A DNA stretch of 64,000 nt from a virus (IMGVR_UViG_3300028734_000016), one strand, 5' to 3'. Positions 28,592 to 38,014 are shown, numbered from the stretch's first letter. Numbers and translations: made by a program. Notes: a model not told the origin generated them from the letters alone.

Positions 28592-28784
28592 TTAATTTTA
28601 TTAATTTTTGTTTTCTCATTGATTTAATATCCAATTCAGAATTATAGTCTAAATAATCGAAATGTACACGTTTAGACAAATTCAGACTTTTATTATCTAC
28701 ATAATAATAATATCCATCCCAAATTTTTAATATTACTAATTTACTATTCTTTCCGTCTACAATATCACCAACTTTATATTTCAT
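28581..28784 (-). CDS. MKYKVGD-type small protein (array member 2)
   Basis: MKYKVGDIVDG...MRKQKLIKLNEI; 11-nt overlap with next gene. Confidence 0.6.
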   Translation of the reverse strand: MKYKVGDIVDGKNSKLVILKIWDGYYYYVDNKSLNLSKRVHFDYLDYNSELDIKSMRKQKLIKLNEI

Positions 28785-28989
28785 ATAATTGTTTCAATTT
28801 TTCTTTTCTAGTAGATTTGATATCTAATTTTGATTCATTGTCTATTATTAATGCGTTGTAGTTGTGTACAAATTTTGATATTTCATTTAAATAATTTATT
28901 ACACAATATTTATATTCGTCATATTCATAAGATAAAATCATTATTCTAAAATAATCACCTATAACAATATCTCCAGCTTTATATTTCAT
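28774..28989 (-). CDS. MKYKVGD-type small protein (array member 3)
   Basis: MKYKAGDIVIG...TRKEKLKQLYEI. Confidence 0.6.
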   Translation of the reverse strand: MKYKAGDIVIGDYFRIMILSYEYDEYKYCVINYLNEISKFVHNYNALIIDNESKLDIKSTRKEKLKQLYEI

Positions 28990-29203
28990 GTAATTTATAC
29001 AATTTTTGCTTTCTCATAAATTTAATATTCAATTCTGTTTGATTTTCTATATAATCATAAGTAATGATATGTGTATCATCATTATCAAGAAATCTAAATT
29101 TATACTGAGGTTTTTTGTGAGTATAAATCATAATATCTAATATTATTGATTCACTATCATACATTTGTTTAAAATAAATAATGTCTCCTACTTTATATTT
29201 CAT
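28979..29203 (-). CDS. MKYKVGD-type small protein (array member 4)
   Basis: MKYKVGDIIYF...MRKQKLYKLHEI. Confidence 0.6.
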   Translation of the reverse strand: MKYKVGDIIYFKQMYDSESIILDIMIYTHKKPQYKFRFLDNDDTHIITYDYIENQTELNIKFMRKQKLYKLHEI

Positions 29204-29699
29204 TTAAACATTTCAATTTTAATGCTCTTATTTCTTTATTAGAAAAAATATTCAATTTTGTTTCATTGATAATATATGAAAATAATTTATTTTTAGTTAA
29301 TTCATATCTATTATCTATAGATATTGATTTTATAACGCTTTCTATATCAGATATTTCTCCAAATTGTTCATTGATAAATAGTTTATTTTTATCATAGCTA
29401 TATTCTAATGTCATATATATGTCAAATATTGGCTCACCATAAACATTATTATGAGTACTTTCTAAATAATCTCCTACTATTCTATCAAAACAATTGGACA
29501 AATAGCATAAATAATTTTCTAATAGAACTGATACAAATTCAGTTCCAGTAAAATCATCAACTTGTCTACGTAAGAAATTTTCAGTGAACCATTTTTGAGG
29601 ATTAATATCAGTTTCAGATGAAATGTTGTCTATTATTTCTAATTGATGTTTTACTTTTTTGTTCATCCAAACATTAAATGTATCTTCAAATGTTGTCAT
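29193..29699 (-). CDS. hypothetical protein heading the array (...IRALKLKCLNEI tail)
   Basis: 168-aa ORF; TAtcTTTGta box at 29725-29734 upstream. Confidence 0.55.
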   Translation of the reverse strand: MTTFEDTFNVWMNKKVKHQLEIIDNISSETDINPQKWFTENFLRRQVDDFTGTEFVSVLLENYLCYLSNCFDRIVGDYLESTHNNVYGEPIFDIYMTLEYSYDKNKLFINEQFGEISDIESVIKSISIDNRYELTKNKLFSYIINETKLNIFSNKEIRALKLKCLNEI

Positions 29700-29724
29700 A
29701 TTTACTTTATTAAATTATTAGATT

Positions 29725-29734
29725 TACAAAGATA
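29725..29734 (-). promoter_or_regulatory. TAtcTTTGta box ~26 nt upstream of the ATG at 29699
   Basis: plus-strand TACAAAGATA. Confidence 0.45.
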
Positions 29735-29785
29735 CAAAAAAGATTTGGAATAATAATATATAATGTATAAAATAAAAAATAATTT

Positions 29786-30907
29786 ATGAAATATTTAAAA
29801 ACTTTTGAAAAAATGATGTCAAATTTTACGTTATATCATGGCTCACCATACTTATTTTCTGAGTTTAAAAATAAAATTACATTTTTTTCAGATAATTCTC
29901 AATTTGCGTATGATTATGCTAGTGAGAAATCTAGTGATAATGAATTAGATCAATCACCAGTCATATATACATGCAAATTAAATGGTAAGATATTTGATGC
30001 TAACATAGATGAACATTTAAAAAAATTAGATGATATATTACCAGATAAAATAACATGCTATATGAGTAATTTTTGCTTTCCTGCTGATTATACAAAACAG
30101 GATATTTTAAAATTATTGAAAGGTGATGATACAATTGAGCCAATTGATTATATATCAAATGCTAAAGTTGGAGATATAGTAGATGACCCATATTATAAAA
30201 TTGATAAATTAATTGTAGTTGATGTTGATTCTGAAAATGTTTATACTATTGACAAAAAGAATTTTAATTATCATTTAAGTGGAGCTGACTCAATAAGATA
30301 TGGTGATAATCATTTTGGATATGAATATCGTAAATACTTTGATGATTTTAGAAATTATATTAAAGAAATTTTTAAAGGAAAGGAAATTTATGGAATATCG
30401 GATCATTTGACTGGTATATTTCTGGACAAAAAATATCACAAAACATATTTAAAATTTGAAATTCCTGATGAACAGTATATAAAAGGAGTTGAATTATATG
30501 ATATAGCAAAAGAAAATATGATGAAAGATTATGCGTCTAAACTCAAAAAATCATGGAACAAAAAACCAAAAAAAATAAAATTGGATGACACATGGAGATA
30601 TTATGAAAATGATTCTGTTTCTAGCGCAATTGAAAAATTAGGATTTGCTGGTTATGTTGCAAAAGAAAAAAAGCATAATACATATGCCATATTCAATCCA
30701 AAAGAAACTATTACAATCGAATCAATTTATTATGAAGTTGGTGAGTTTAAAAACTTAGAAGAAATAGGAGATTACAACAAAATGATAAACAAACTTTATA
30801 AGCATTATGATTCATCATTTGGTTATGAGAGATATAATGTATATAAATATATGAAAAAAGGATTTACATTAGAAGAAATAATATCTGAAATTGATAATAA
30901 AAAATAA
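29786..30907 (+). CDS. hypothetical protein (MKYLKTFEKM... start type)
   Basis: 373-aa ORF. Confidence 0.6.
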   Translation: MKYLKTFEKMMSNFTLYHGSPYLFSEFKNKITFFSDNSQFAYDYASEKSSDNELDQSPVIYTCKLNGKIFDANIDEHLKKLDDILPDKITCYMSNFCFPADYTKQDILKLLKGDDTIEPIDYISNAKVGDIVDDPYYKIDKLIVVDVDSENVYTIDKKNFNYHLSGADSIRYGDNHFGYEYRKYFDDFRNYIKEIFKGKEIYGISDHLTGIFLDKKYHKTYLKFEIPDEQYIKGVELYDIAKENMMKDYASKLKKSWNKKPKKIKLDDTWRYYENDSVSSAIEKLGFAGYVAKEKKHNTYAIFNPKETITIESIYYEVGEFKNLEEIGDYNKMINKLYKHYDSSFGYERYNVYKYMKKGFTLEEIISEIDNKK

Positions 30908-30912
30908 AAATA

Positions 30913-31218
30913 ATGATAGATTTTATAATATTCTCATTATCTACAATTGGATTGACATTAATAATAACTCAATCATATATATTTAAGAATTTAAGAGATA
31001 AAGCACAGCAAATGAGTCCATCATTGGGTAAACTATTAAAGTGCTGTCAGTGCAGCGGTATGTATTCAGGTGCTATATTAAAAACATTACTACTAATTTA
31101 TTATCAGCAATTAACAGCAAATAGTTTTATTATAATATTTATTTATGGATTAATTGGTAGTTTTTTGTGTTATTTAACTTACTTATTAATTAAGCCTTTA
31201 ATTAATAAATATGACTAA
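30913..31218 (+). CDS. small membrane protein (2-3 TM; CCQCSG motif)
   Basis: hydrophobic segments in the translation. Confidence 0.5.
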   Translation: MIDFIIFSLSTIGLTLIITQSYIFKNLRDKAQQMSPSLGKLLKCCQCSGMYSGAILKTLLLIYYQQLTANSFIIIFIYGLIGSFLCYLTYLLIKPLINKYD

Positions 31219-31352
31219 AAAAGGGCATATTAATATGCCCATATCTAACAGCCATTAGAACAATGAGCAGTTGGTCTTAAAAAAAATCTAATATTTATAG
31301 TTTTCATTTTATTTGTATATATTGATTTTAATATATACAAATAAAAAATATT

Positions 31353-31763
31353 ATGAGTCTTAAAAAATTTAATGAGTTTGAATATATTAAAGAAAATATA
31401 TTTGACGAAGAAGAAATAGAAAATACAGATAATGATGACATTGAAAATAAATGGGAAATAAGGGTAAATAACGAAACTGAATCATACTGGGAATATAAGC
31501 ATGATGCTATTGATCAAGTATTGGAGATATTAGATAATCAAGGTGCCAATAGTTTAGAAGGTTATAAAGATGAAGATGATTATGAACCATCAAAAAATGA
31601 ATTAGCTGATCTTCTTGATAGTTTAGATGAATCTGATTTTTATGATATGATAGAAGAATTGAAAAGTTTCGTAGATTATCATGCTGACATAAAATTGATA
31701 AATATTGATGATGAAGATGAGATTGAATTTTTAGATGATATTGAAAATTTGGATGAGGAGTAA
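31353..31763 (+). CDS. highly acidic protein
   Basis: 136 aa, D/E-rich. Confidence 0.5.
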   Translation: MSLKKFNEFEYIKENIFDEEEIENTDNDDIENKWEIRVNNETESYWEYKHDAIDQVLEILDNQGANSLEGYKDEDDYEPSKNELADLLDSLDESDFYDMIEELKSFVDYHADIKLINIDDEDEIEFLDDIENLDEE

Positions 31764-31767
31764 TAAT

Positions 31768-31799
31768 AAAAAAGATTCATAATTTATGAATCTTTTTTA
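31768..31799. terminator. hairpin AAGATTCATAA-ttt-ATGAATCTT + T6 between convergent genes
   Basis: read directly. Confidence 0.55.
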
Positions 31800-32257
31800 T
31801 TTATATTATAAAGTTTAATTTTTCTTATGAATTTCTTATGATTTTTTGCTGTGACAACAATCATTTTATCATATTTAAATTTTACGCATAGCTTCTTAAT
31901 TTCTTCTCCTTTTATTGAAGTTTCTAAATCAAAATCAAGAAATCCTACAAATTCAACGAATGAGAATTTTTTCAAAAATGTAATGTAATTAATTGTACCA
32001 TCCTTTTTAAAATTTGATATTTCTAAATAATCTAATACAGCATTTTCACTAATCATATTATTTATAAAACTGAAAGGAATCAAATCTTCTTCATAAAGAT
32101 TAAGATTAAAAATCATGATATCATTTTTAATAGAAATACAATTATCACGCATATATGCATCATTGAATTTAACTTCAAATAAACTTTTATAAATAGCATC
32201 AAAATTATAATGATAATGATAATGATAATGATTTCCTGGAAACTGTTGTAATGGCAT
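31784..32257 (-). CDS. hypothetical protein (HYHYHYHY near N-terminus)
   Basis: 157-aa ORF. Confidence 0.5.
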   Translation of the reverse strand: MPLQQFPGNHYHYHYHYNFDAIYKSLFEVKFNDAYMRDNCISIKNDIMIFNLNLYEEDLIPFSFINNMISENAVLDYLEISNFKKDGTINYITFLKKFSFVEFVGFLDFDLETSIKGEEIKKLCVKFKYDKMIVVTAKNHKKFIRKIKLYNINKKDS

Positions 32258-32275
32258 AATTATTTATTTATTTAA

Positions 32276-32518
32276 TTAAATATTATTTAATTTTTTAAGT
32301 TTATCTCTTCTAATATTTATAATATCAGTACTCAGAATTTTATATGTATTTTCTCTTATCTCATTTCTGACTTTTTCTGTATCAAATTCAAAAAAATAAC
32401 TACTTATCATATTTTCTATTTCTACCTTTTTTCTATTGAATAATTTAATTGATTCTACATCTATAGTAAGTTTATTCATTCCATTACCTACACCAATATT
32501 TATATCTAATGTTATCAT
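32276..32518 (-). CDS. hypothetical small protein (...RRDKLKKLNNI tail)
   Basis: 80-aa ORF. Confidence 0.45.
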   Translation of the reverse strand: MITLDINIGVGNGMNKLTIDVESIKLFNRKKVEIENMISSYFFEFDTEKVRNEIRENTYKILSTDIINIRRDKLKKLNNI

Positions 32519-32606
32519 ATTTATTTTATTTATTTATTATACTTAAAATAATAATAAAAGTTTTTATTTATATATATATATCAATGAAAAATATAATTTA
32601 TAAAAA

Positions 32607-33230
32607 ATGAAGGAAAATCTTAAATTTCTAGCTAAAAATATTTCGTATTATTCTTGGGAATATGACTACAATTCTGTTGAAGCTAAAATATTATTAGATA
32701 TGAATGATGATAATTTATATCTTAAATTGACTATTATTAAAATAAAATCTGGATTAGGAAAAGGTGAGTGGAAAAATGAATTGGAATTAGTTAATATTGG
32801 TAATTTGAACACTAAAATTGATACGGTTTTAGTAAATTCTTTATTAAAAAAATATGCAATATCTCAGCACAAATTTTCTAAACATTGGAACGATGAAGAA
32901 GGAAATCAAATGTTATTAACTGAAATTCAATTAATGTATAAACCAGAAATTATAGAAAAATCAGAAAAAGAAAAATCAGAACTAAAACACATAAAATCAA
33001 TATCTTCATTTGATAAAAAAGAAGTAAGCAGCATAGAAATTACCAAATATTCTGATAAAGCATATGCAATTTTTGGTGAAGAAACAAGAAATATTAAAGA
33101 TAATTTGTTGGAAATTGGATGTAGATATAATAAATTTTTAACTGATCCTAAAACAGGAGATAAAAGAGCTGGTTGGATTTTTCCAATCAGTAAATTAGAT
33201 ATAATAAATAATTTAATAAAAAATATATAA
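32607..33230 (+). CDS. hypothetical protein
   Basis: 207-aa ORF. Confidence 0.55.
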   Translation: MKENLKFLAKNISYYSWEYDYNSVEAKILLDMNDDNLYLKLTIIKIKSGLGKGEWKNELELVNIGNLNTKIDTVLVNSLLKKYAISQHKFSKHWNDEEGNQMLLTEIQLMYKPEIIEKSEKEKSELKHIKSISSFDKKEVSSIEITKYSDKAYAIFGEETRNIKDNLLEIGCRYNKFLTDPKTGDKRAGWIFPISKLDIINNLIKNI

Positions 33231-33364
33231 TGTCACATTGAAATTAACTAAAAATATAGTATGACAAACTCAACAACATTGACTCCAACTACCACAATCA
33301 ACAACTACATTGTATCATAAAAAAGTTATTTAACATATAAAGAATATTTATTAATCTTATTTTA

Positions 33365-34075
33365 TTAATCTTTTAATGACTTAAGTGTACTTAATTTCAA
33401 TCTTCTAAATCCATAAGATGCATCAATAATATCTAAATATAATCCATAATAATTATTAGATTCTTCTATTATATTTTTATATTTTTTGTATAACGAAATG
33501 TCTTCTATGTAATTGTTCACTTTAAATAACAAATCTGTTTGTTTCTCATTGTATGTATTTAGTGATGTTAGTGTTTCATTTGATTTATTTAATATATCGT
33601 CAAAATTATCGTCACAAATATTAAGGGTATAAATTTTATTTATGAAAAAATTGTTCTTGATATTATTATATATATTTTGAATATTTTTTGAATCTTCAAT
33701 TAGTGTTATATTTAAAGTTTCTATATTTTTGTTTGCGGATATTAAATTTATTTTTGATCTAACATTTTTAATTGAATCAATAACATAATAATATTTCTTT
33801 CTGGATTGTATTATATTATCTGTATATTCATATTCATTTTTTGTACCAAGAGATAAATATATTTTACCTTTATTGCATTCCATTTTTGATATGATTATAT
33901 TTATTTGTTTTTCTGAGAATTTTTCTGTCTTCCAAGTTTGAACTTTGGATATATCTTTAGTGAATACAAACGTATTATATTTTTCTGTGAGTCCACCATA
34001 TGAAAAATAAAAAATTCCAAATTCTGGGTGATTTATTCTTATTGCACACTCATTATTTATTTTTATCTTAGACAT
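33365..34075 (-). CDS. hypothetical protein
   Basis: 236-aa ORF. Confidence 0.55.
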   Translation of the reverse strand: MSKIKINNECAIRINHPEFGIFYFSYGGLTEKYNTFVFTKDISKVQTWKTEKFSEKQINIIISKMECNKGKIYLSLGTKNEYEYTDNIIQSRKKYYYVIDSIKNVRSKINLISANKNIETLNITLIEDSKNIQNIYNNIKNNFFINKIYTLNICDDNFDDILNKSNETLTSLNTYNEKQTDLLFKVNNYIEDISLYKKYKNIIEESNNYYGLYLDIIDASYGFRRLKLSTLKSLKD

Positions 34076-34322
34076 TTTATTATTGTATATTTAATTGATA
34101 TATACACATACTCTATTTTTAGTAAAATGTTTATGAAATTAAATTTAAATAACGTTATAAAAGGCTTATAGAACCTTATTATCATAAAAATTTGCATCAT
34201 TATCATAGATGATGATAATGATGCAAAACCATAAAAACTATAGTATTTAAAATAAATAATAAACTTATTTGAAAATAAAAAATACATAGTTCTTAATATA
34301 AAAATAAAAAATTGTAACAGTC

Positions 34323-34874
34323 ATGAAAAAATTAGCATGGAAAAAAGTAAATGGTGAAAAAATTGAAAGCATAAATGATTATGTATTAAATTATGTAAAA
34401 AATATTGATAATGACACCAAAGTAATAGTTGGTTGTGATTCAGATAGTCATATGCATAGAACCAAATATGCTATTTCTGTTGTTTTTTACAATGATCAAA
34501 AAAATAATGGTGCTCATGTGGTTTATGCAACATATACTGAGCCTAAAGTTAAAGATATTGTGACTAAATTGTGGAATGAAGCGTTGTTAGCTCATGATGT
34601 AGCAGAATCTATTAATGAAACATTAAGTGATAATAATTACAAGTATAAATTTAATAAAAATCATTATGATGACTCAACTCCAAATAAGTTGGTAGAAATT
34701 CATGTGGATTTGAATGAAAAAAAAACAACAAGGAATGGTGCAAAAATGTCAAATAACAAATCAAATAAGGTTTATAACGATGTTATGGGATGGTTATGTG
34801 GAGAAAAATATAAAGTAATGGGAAAGCCAGATAGTTTTGCATCAAGTTCTGCATCAGATCGTTTGTGTAAATAA
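34323..34874 (+). CDS. hypothetical protein
   Basis: 183-aa ORF. Confidence 0.55.
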   Translation: MKKLAWKKVNGEKIESINDYVLNYVKNIDNDTKVIVGCDSDSHMHRTKYAISVVFYNDQKNNGAHVVYATYTEPKVKDIVTKLWNEALLAHDVAESINETLSDNNYKYKFNKNHYDDSTPNKLVEIHVDLNEKKTTRNGAKMSNNKSNKVYNDVMGWLCGEKYKVMGKPDSFASSSASDRLCK

Positions 34875-34980
34875 TTTTTTATTTTAAGAGTTAAAATAGA
34901 AAAAAATCAATTAAAAATGTTTATATATAAGTCATATAATTATGATTAAAAATCTGATAATAAAAAATATTAACTGCTCT

Positions 34981-35020
34981 AACCTAGTGAGACTTTTTTA
35001 AAGTTTACTAGGTTTTTGTA
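34981..35020 (+). terminator. hairpin AACCTAGT...ACTAGGTT followed by TTTTTG
   Basis: 8-bp stem, 18-nt loop, T-run. Confidence 0.4.
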
Positions 35021-35024
35021 TTTA

Positions 35025-35158
35025 TATCAAATGAGAGATCCAGGTTAATGTCCTGGCTAAGTAATATAAAAGTTACCTTAGGTGTGTGTGAGCTATCTCT
35101 CTTTTTTAAATTTTACAAAGAAAGAAGGTGAAACATTAGGTTGTTTCACTTTTTTTTA
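35025..35158 (+). ncRNA. candidate structured small RNA of unknown class, ORF-free and relatively GC-rich, ending in a hairpin+T8 terminator
   Basis: nested stems: GAGAGAT(35033-39)/ATCTCTC(35095-101) enclosing CCAGG-TTAATGT-CCTGG and CTAAG-(15 nt)-CTTAG; 3' hairpin GTGAAACA-ttaggt-TGTTTCAC then T8. Confidence 0.45.
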
Positions 35159-35218
35159 TTATATTTGTTATAGTAAAAAAATATAGTAAAAAATATAATA
35201 ATTAAGATTTTTAAATAG

Positions 35219-36070
35219 ATGATTGAAAATGATAAAAGTGATATATTATTTTGTTGGAAAGACGATGATAATATATATGTACAGGTTAATATTCCGTATG
35301 ATGAATTTACGAAAATAAAAAATATGGTTAGTCATTATGTCTACAGAGTATATCAAACACATGGATATAAAAATCCATTATATAGCAATAATATTGAGGA
35401 TAAATTATTAGAAATTGGTGGTTTTTATTATCACACAGAATATATTAATAAATTCACAAATAATAGAAAAGTATATGAGAATATGATGAAGATTAATGAT
35501 ATAAGAGATAAAGAATCATTCATTAGATTTTTAAGATATGGAGAATTATTCAATCAATATCATTATTCTGGTAAAATGTTTTTTAATAATTATCATACTG
35601 TTGAAGAGTGCTCTACAAAAGGAACAAGAGCTGAAATATATGCAAGAGGTAATTTTGAACTGTATATTAATGACAAATGTAAAAAACTAAAAAATATAGA
35701 TGATGAAAAAAACAACATCACAAATCCAAATAAAAACATAACAGATTTGATTAAAGTTAATTTTCCAAAAAATGCAAAAGAAGATTTTAATGGAATAGAT
35801 GGATCATTTACTTTTAATAATCAAATATTTACAGTTCAAGTAAAACCATTTTTACACAAAAAAGAGAATGGTGATAATATTGAAATCAATTCTAATGGAT
35901 CAATGACATTTAATACTCATTATCTGGTATTATACAAAGAGACATGTATTAATAAAAAATTCACATATGATATTATAATACTACAAAATGGATATAATAA
36001 AGATAAAATAAAAATTGATGGTAATAATTATATTACAAATAAAAGAAATCAAGTAAACGAAAAAGAGTAG
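35219..36070 (+). CDS. hypothetical protein
   Basis: 283-aa ORF. Confidence 0.6.
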   Translation: MIENDKSDILFCWKDDDNIYVQVNIPYDEFTKIKNMVSHYVYRVYQTHGYKNPLYSNNIEDKLLEIGGFYYHTEYINKFTNNRKVYENMMKINDIRDKESFIRFLRYGELFNQYHYSGKMFFNNYHTVEECSTKGTRAEIYARGNFELYINDKCKKLKNIDDEKNNITNPNKNITDLIKVNFPKNAKEDFNGIDGSFTFNNQIFTVQVKPFLHKKENGDNIEINSNGSMTFNTHYLVLYKETCINKKFTYDIIILQNGYNKDKIKIDGNNYITNKRNQVNEKE

Positions 36071-36095
36071 ATTTTTAAATCTACTCTTTTTTATT
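36061..36095. terminator. bidirectional hairpin AAAAGAGTAGAT...ATCTACTCTTTT + T-run
   Basis: near-identical copy at 56481-56514. Confidence 0.6.
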
Positions 36096-36504
36096 CATTT
36101 TTAAATTTCTTCAGTCTTTTAATATCATCTTTCAAATCTTTACTATAATATTTAATTAAAAATTCAACATCACTATTTTTTATTTCATAGTAATCTTTAA
36201 TTAAATTTATATCATTATTATTAAATTCTGATTTTATTTTATTTTTTGATGGTTGTTTTGTTTTCCACCACCAATCAGGTGTACCATTTGTTGTACCATA
36301 AAAAATCTGATACCAAATATCCAAAGATGATGATTTGTCAATATTTTTATTGTTGAAAAATTGAGCCTTTCTTATATCTTTATAAGCAAACTTTCTATTC
36401 AATACAAAAAAAGCATCTTTTTTCTCATCATCTGTTATAAATTTATACTTATCTTTATCTTTAAATATAATATTTGCAAGTGTTATGAAATCTACTTTCG
36501 CCAT
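36091..36504 (-). CDS. hypothetical protein
   Basis: 137-aa ORF. Confidence 0.5.
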   Translation of the reverse strand: MAKVDFITLANIIFKDKDKYKFITDDEKKDAFFVLNRKFAYKDIRKAQFFNNKNIDKSSSLDIWYQIFYGTTNGTPDWWWKTKQPSKNKIKSEFNNNDINLIKDYYEIKNSDVEFLIKYYSKDLKDDIKRLKKFKNE

Positions 36505-36695
36505 ATTCTCATTGTTATTTTAGGTGATGATAATACTCCAACAATACACCAAATCATCCACGCAATTACAAATATTGGAATGTCATGTTCACTGAATAAG
36601 AACACCAATGGAGCAGTTATTGATGACCAAATCATATTTACTATACAAAGTCTTTTATGTCCTTTTTCTAATTTATTTTCTAAATTATCTTTCAT
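36492..36695 (-). CDS. small two-TM membrane protein
   Basis: 67-aa ORF between tdk and the 137-aa gene, overlapping both. Confidence 0.4.
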   Translation of the reverse strand: MKDNLENKLEKGHKRLCIVNMIWSSITAPLVFLFSEHDIPIFVIAWMIWCIVGVLSSPKITMRIWRK

Positions 36696-37288
36696 TTTTG
36701 TTCTTTTAATAATTTTTTATAACATTTTCTACATAACGGTTTGTAACTATCATTACCTCCTATTATAATTTCTTCTCCATCAGTAACAATTTTACCATCA
36801 GTTATCTTTGTATTAATGATTGCCTTTTTAGTTTTGCATTCGAAACAAATTGTTTTTATCTCTTCAATTTGATCAGATAACGCCATTAAATATTTTGAAC
36901 TTTCAAAGGGTTGTAACATATAATTTGACCTCAAACCATACGCCATAACAGGAATATTAAATTCATCTACTATATCTAATAGTTGAAATATATGAGATTT
37001 AGTTAAAAATTGAACCTCATCGACAAAAATGCAAGAAATTTCTAACTTATTATTATCTTTGATGTCTTTATCTACTATATCAAATATATCAGTATCATCA
37101 TAAACTGGTGTAGCATCAATTGAAATACCTATTCTTGATGTTATTTTTCCAACTCCATATCTATCATCTTTACCTGATGTGAAACACATTGTTCGTTTAC
37201 CATTTTCAATATAATTATGATTACATCTTAATATATCAATAGATTTTCCAGCATTCATAGTTGAATATCTATAAAAAAGTTTAGCCAT
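36692..37288 (-). CDS. tdk: thymidine kinase (TK1 type)
   Basis: P-loop STMNAGKS, FVDEVQFL, C-terminal CxxC...CxxC zinc ribbon. Confidence 0.85.
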   Translation of the reverse strand: MAKLFYRYSTMNAGKSIDILRCNHNYIENGKRTMCFTSGKDDRYGVGKITSRIGISIDATPVYDDTDIFDIVDKDIKDNNKLEISCIFVDEVQFLTKSHIFQLLDIVDEFNIPVMAYGLRSNYMLQPFESSKYLMALSDQIEEIKTICFECKTKKAIINTKITDGKIVTDGEEIIIGGNDSYKPLCRKCYKKLLKEQK

Positions 37289-37500
37289 TTATTTTTAATT
37301 ATTTTTAATTATTTTTTTAATCTCTACTAATCAACAACTTATAATCATCTAATTATCAGAACAATACGTAAAATGAAAAAATCTGATAGATGTTATTTAA
37401 TATATACTTGAGTGAGAAATTCTATAATTATATATCAAAATATTTTAAAAAGTTGGATAATATCTAACTTAATTAACAATAAAAAAATAAAAAATTCTCT

Positions 37501-37707
37501 ATGAAAAAAAATGAAAAAGACAATGTATGGAAATTGGTTTGGGATTTTGAAACAAAAGATGTTTTGTTATTAAAACAGATTGAAGGTGAGTTTGAAACAG
37601 TAAATGAGATTTTTGAAACAAAAAATAAAAATGATATTTATGATAAAATATATGAACTTGGTTTAAGATATGATCCTGAACTTCTTGAAGAAGAAGAATG
37701 GATATAA
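37501..37707 (+). CDS. hypothetical small acidic protein
   Basis: 68-aa ORF. Confidence 0.4.
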   Translation: MKKNEKDNVWKLVWDFETKDVLLLKQIEGEFETVNEIFETKNKNDIYDKIYELGLRYDPELLEEEEWI

Positions 37708-37742
37708 AAAAAGAGTCCTGTTTTTACAGGACTCTTTTTTAT
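37706..37742. terminator. hairpin AAAAAAGAGTCCTG-ttttt-CAGGACTCTTTTTT
   Basis: read directly; between convergent genes. Confidence 0.6.
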
Positions 37743-38014
37743 TTAAATGTTAATTTGTCTTTGTTTTTAATTGCTTTATTTAATAGATATTTAACAACAT
37801 CATTAAGTTTAATTTTTTTACTTTTACACATTTCTAAACTTTGGTCAAATGTTTCATTGTCTATATCTAATAGAATGATATTTTTTCCATTATTGTATGT
37901 TTTGATAAATGCTCTCATGACTTCACTCATAGTTTTTCCTTTATTTTCGCACACATCTTGAAATTTTTGATATTCATCATCATCAATTCTCAATTTTAAG
38001 AAAGAATTTTTCAT
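37739..38014 (-). CDS. hypothetical small protein, possibly ribbon-helix-helix-like
   Basis: 91-aa ORF; weak RHH resemblance only. Confidence 0.4.
   Translation of the reverse strand: MKNSFLKLRIDDDEYQKFQDVCENKGKTMSEVMRAFIKTYNNGKNIILLDIDNETFDQSLEMCKSKKIKLNDVVKYLLNKAIKNKDKLTFK

Noticed and set aside
35033-35101. tRNA-like fold of the intergenic element (acceptor-like 7-bp stem plus 5/7/5 arm), considered as a tRNA gene or intron-containing tRNA
   Set aside because: No T-arm can be formed and the second stem has a 15-nt loop. It is kept only as a generic structured-RNA candidate.
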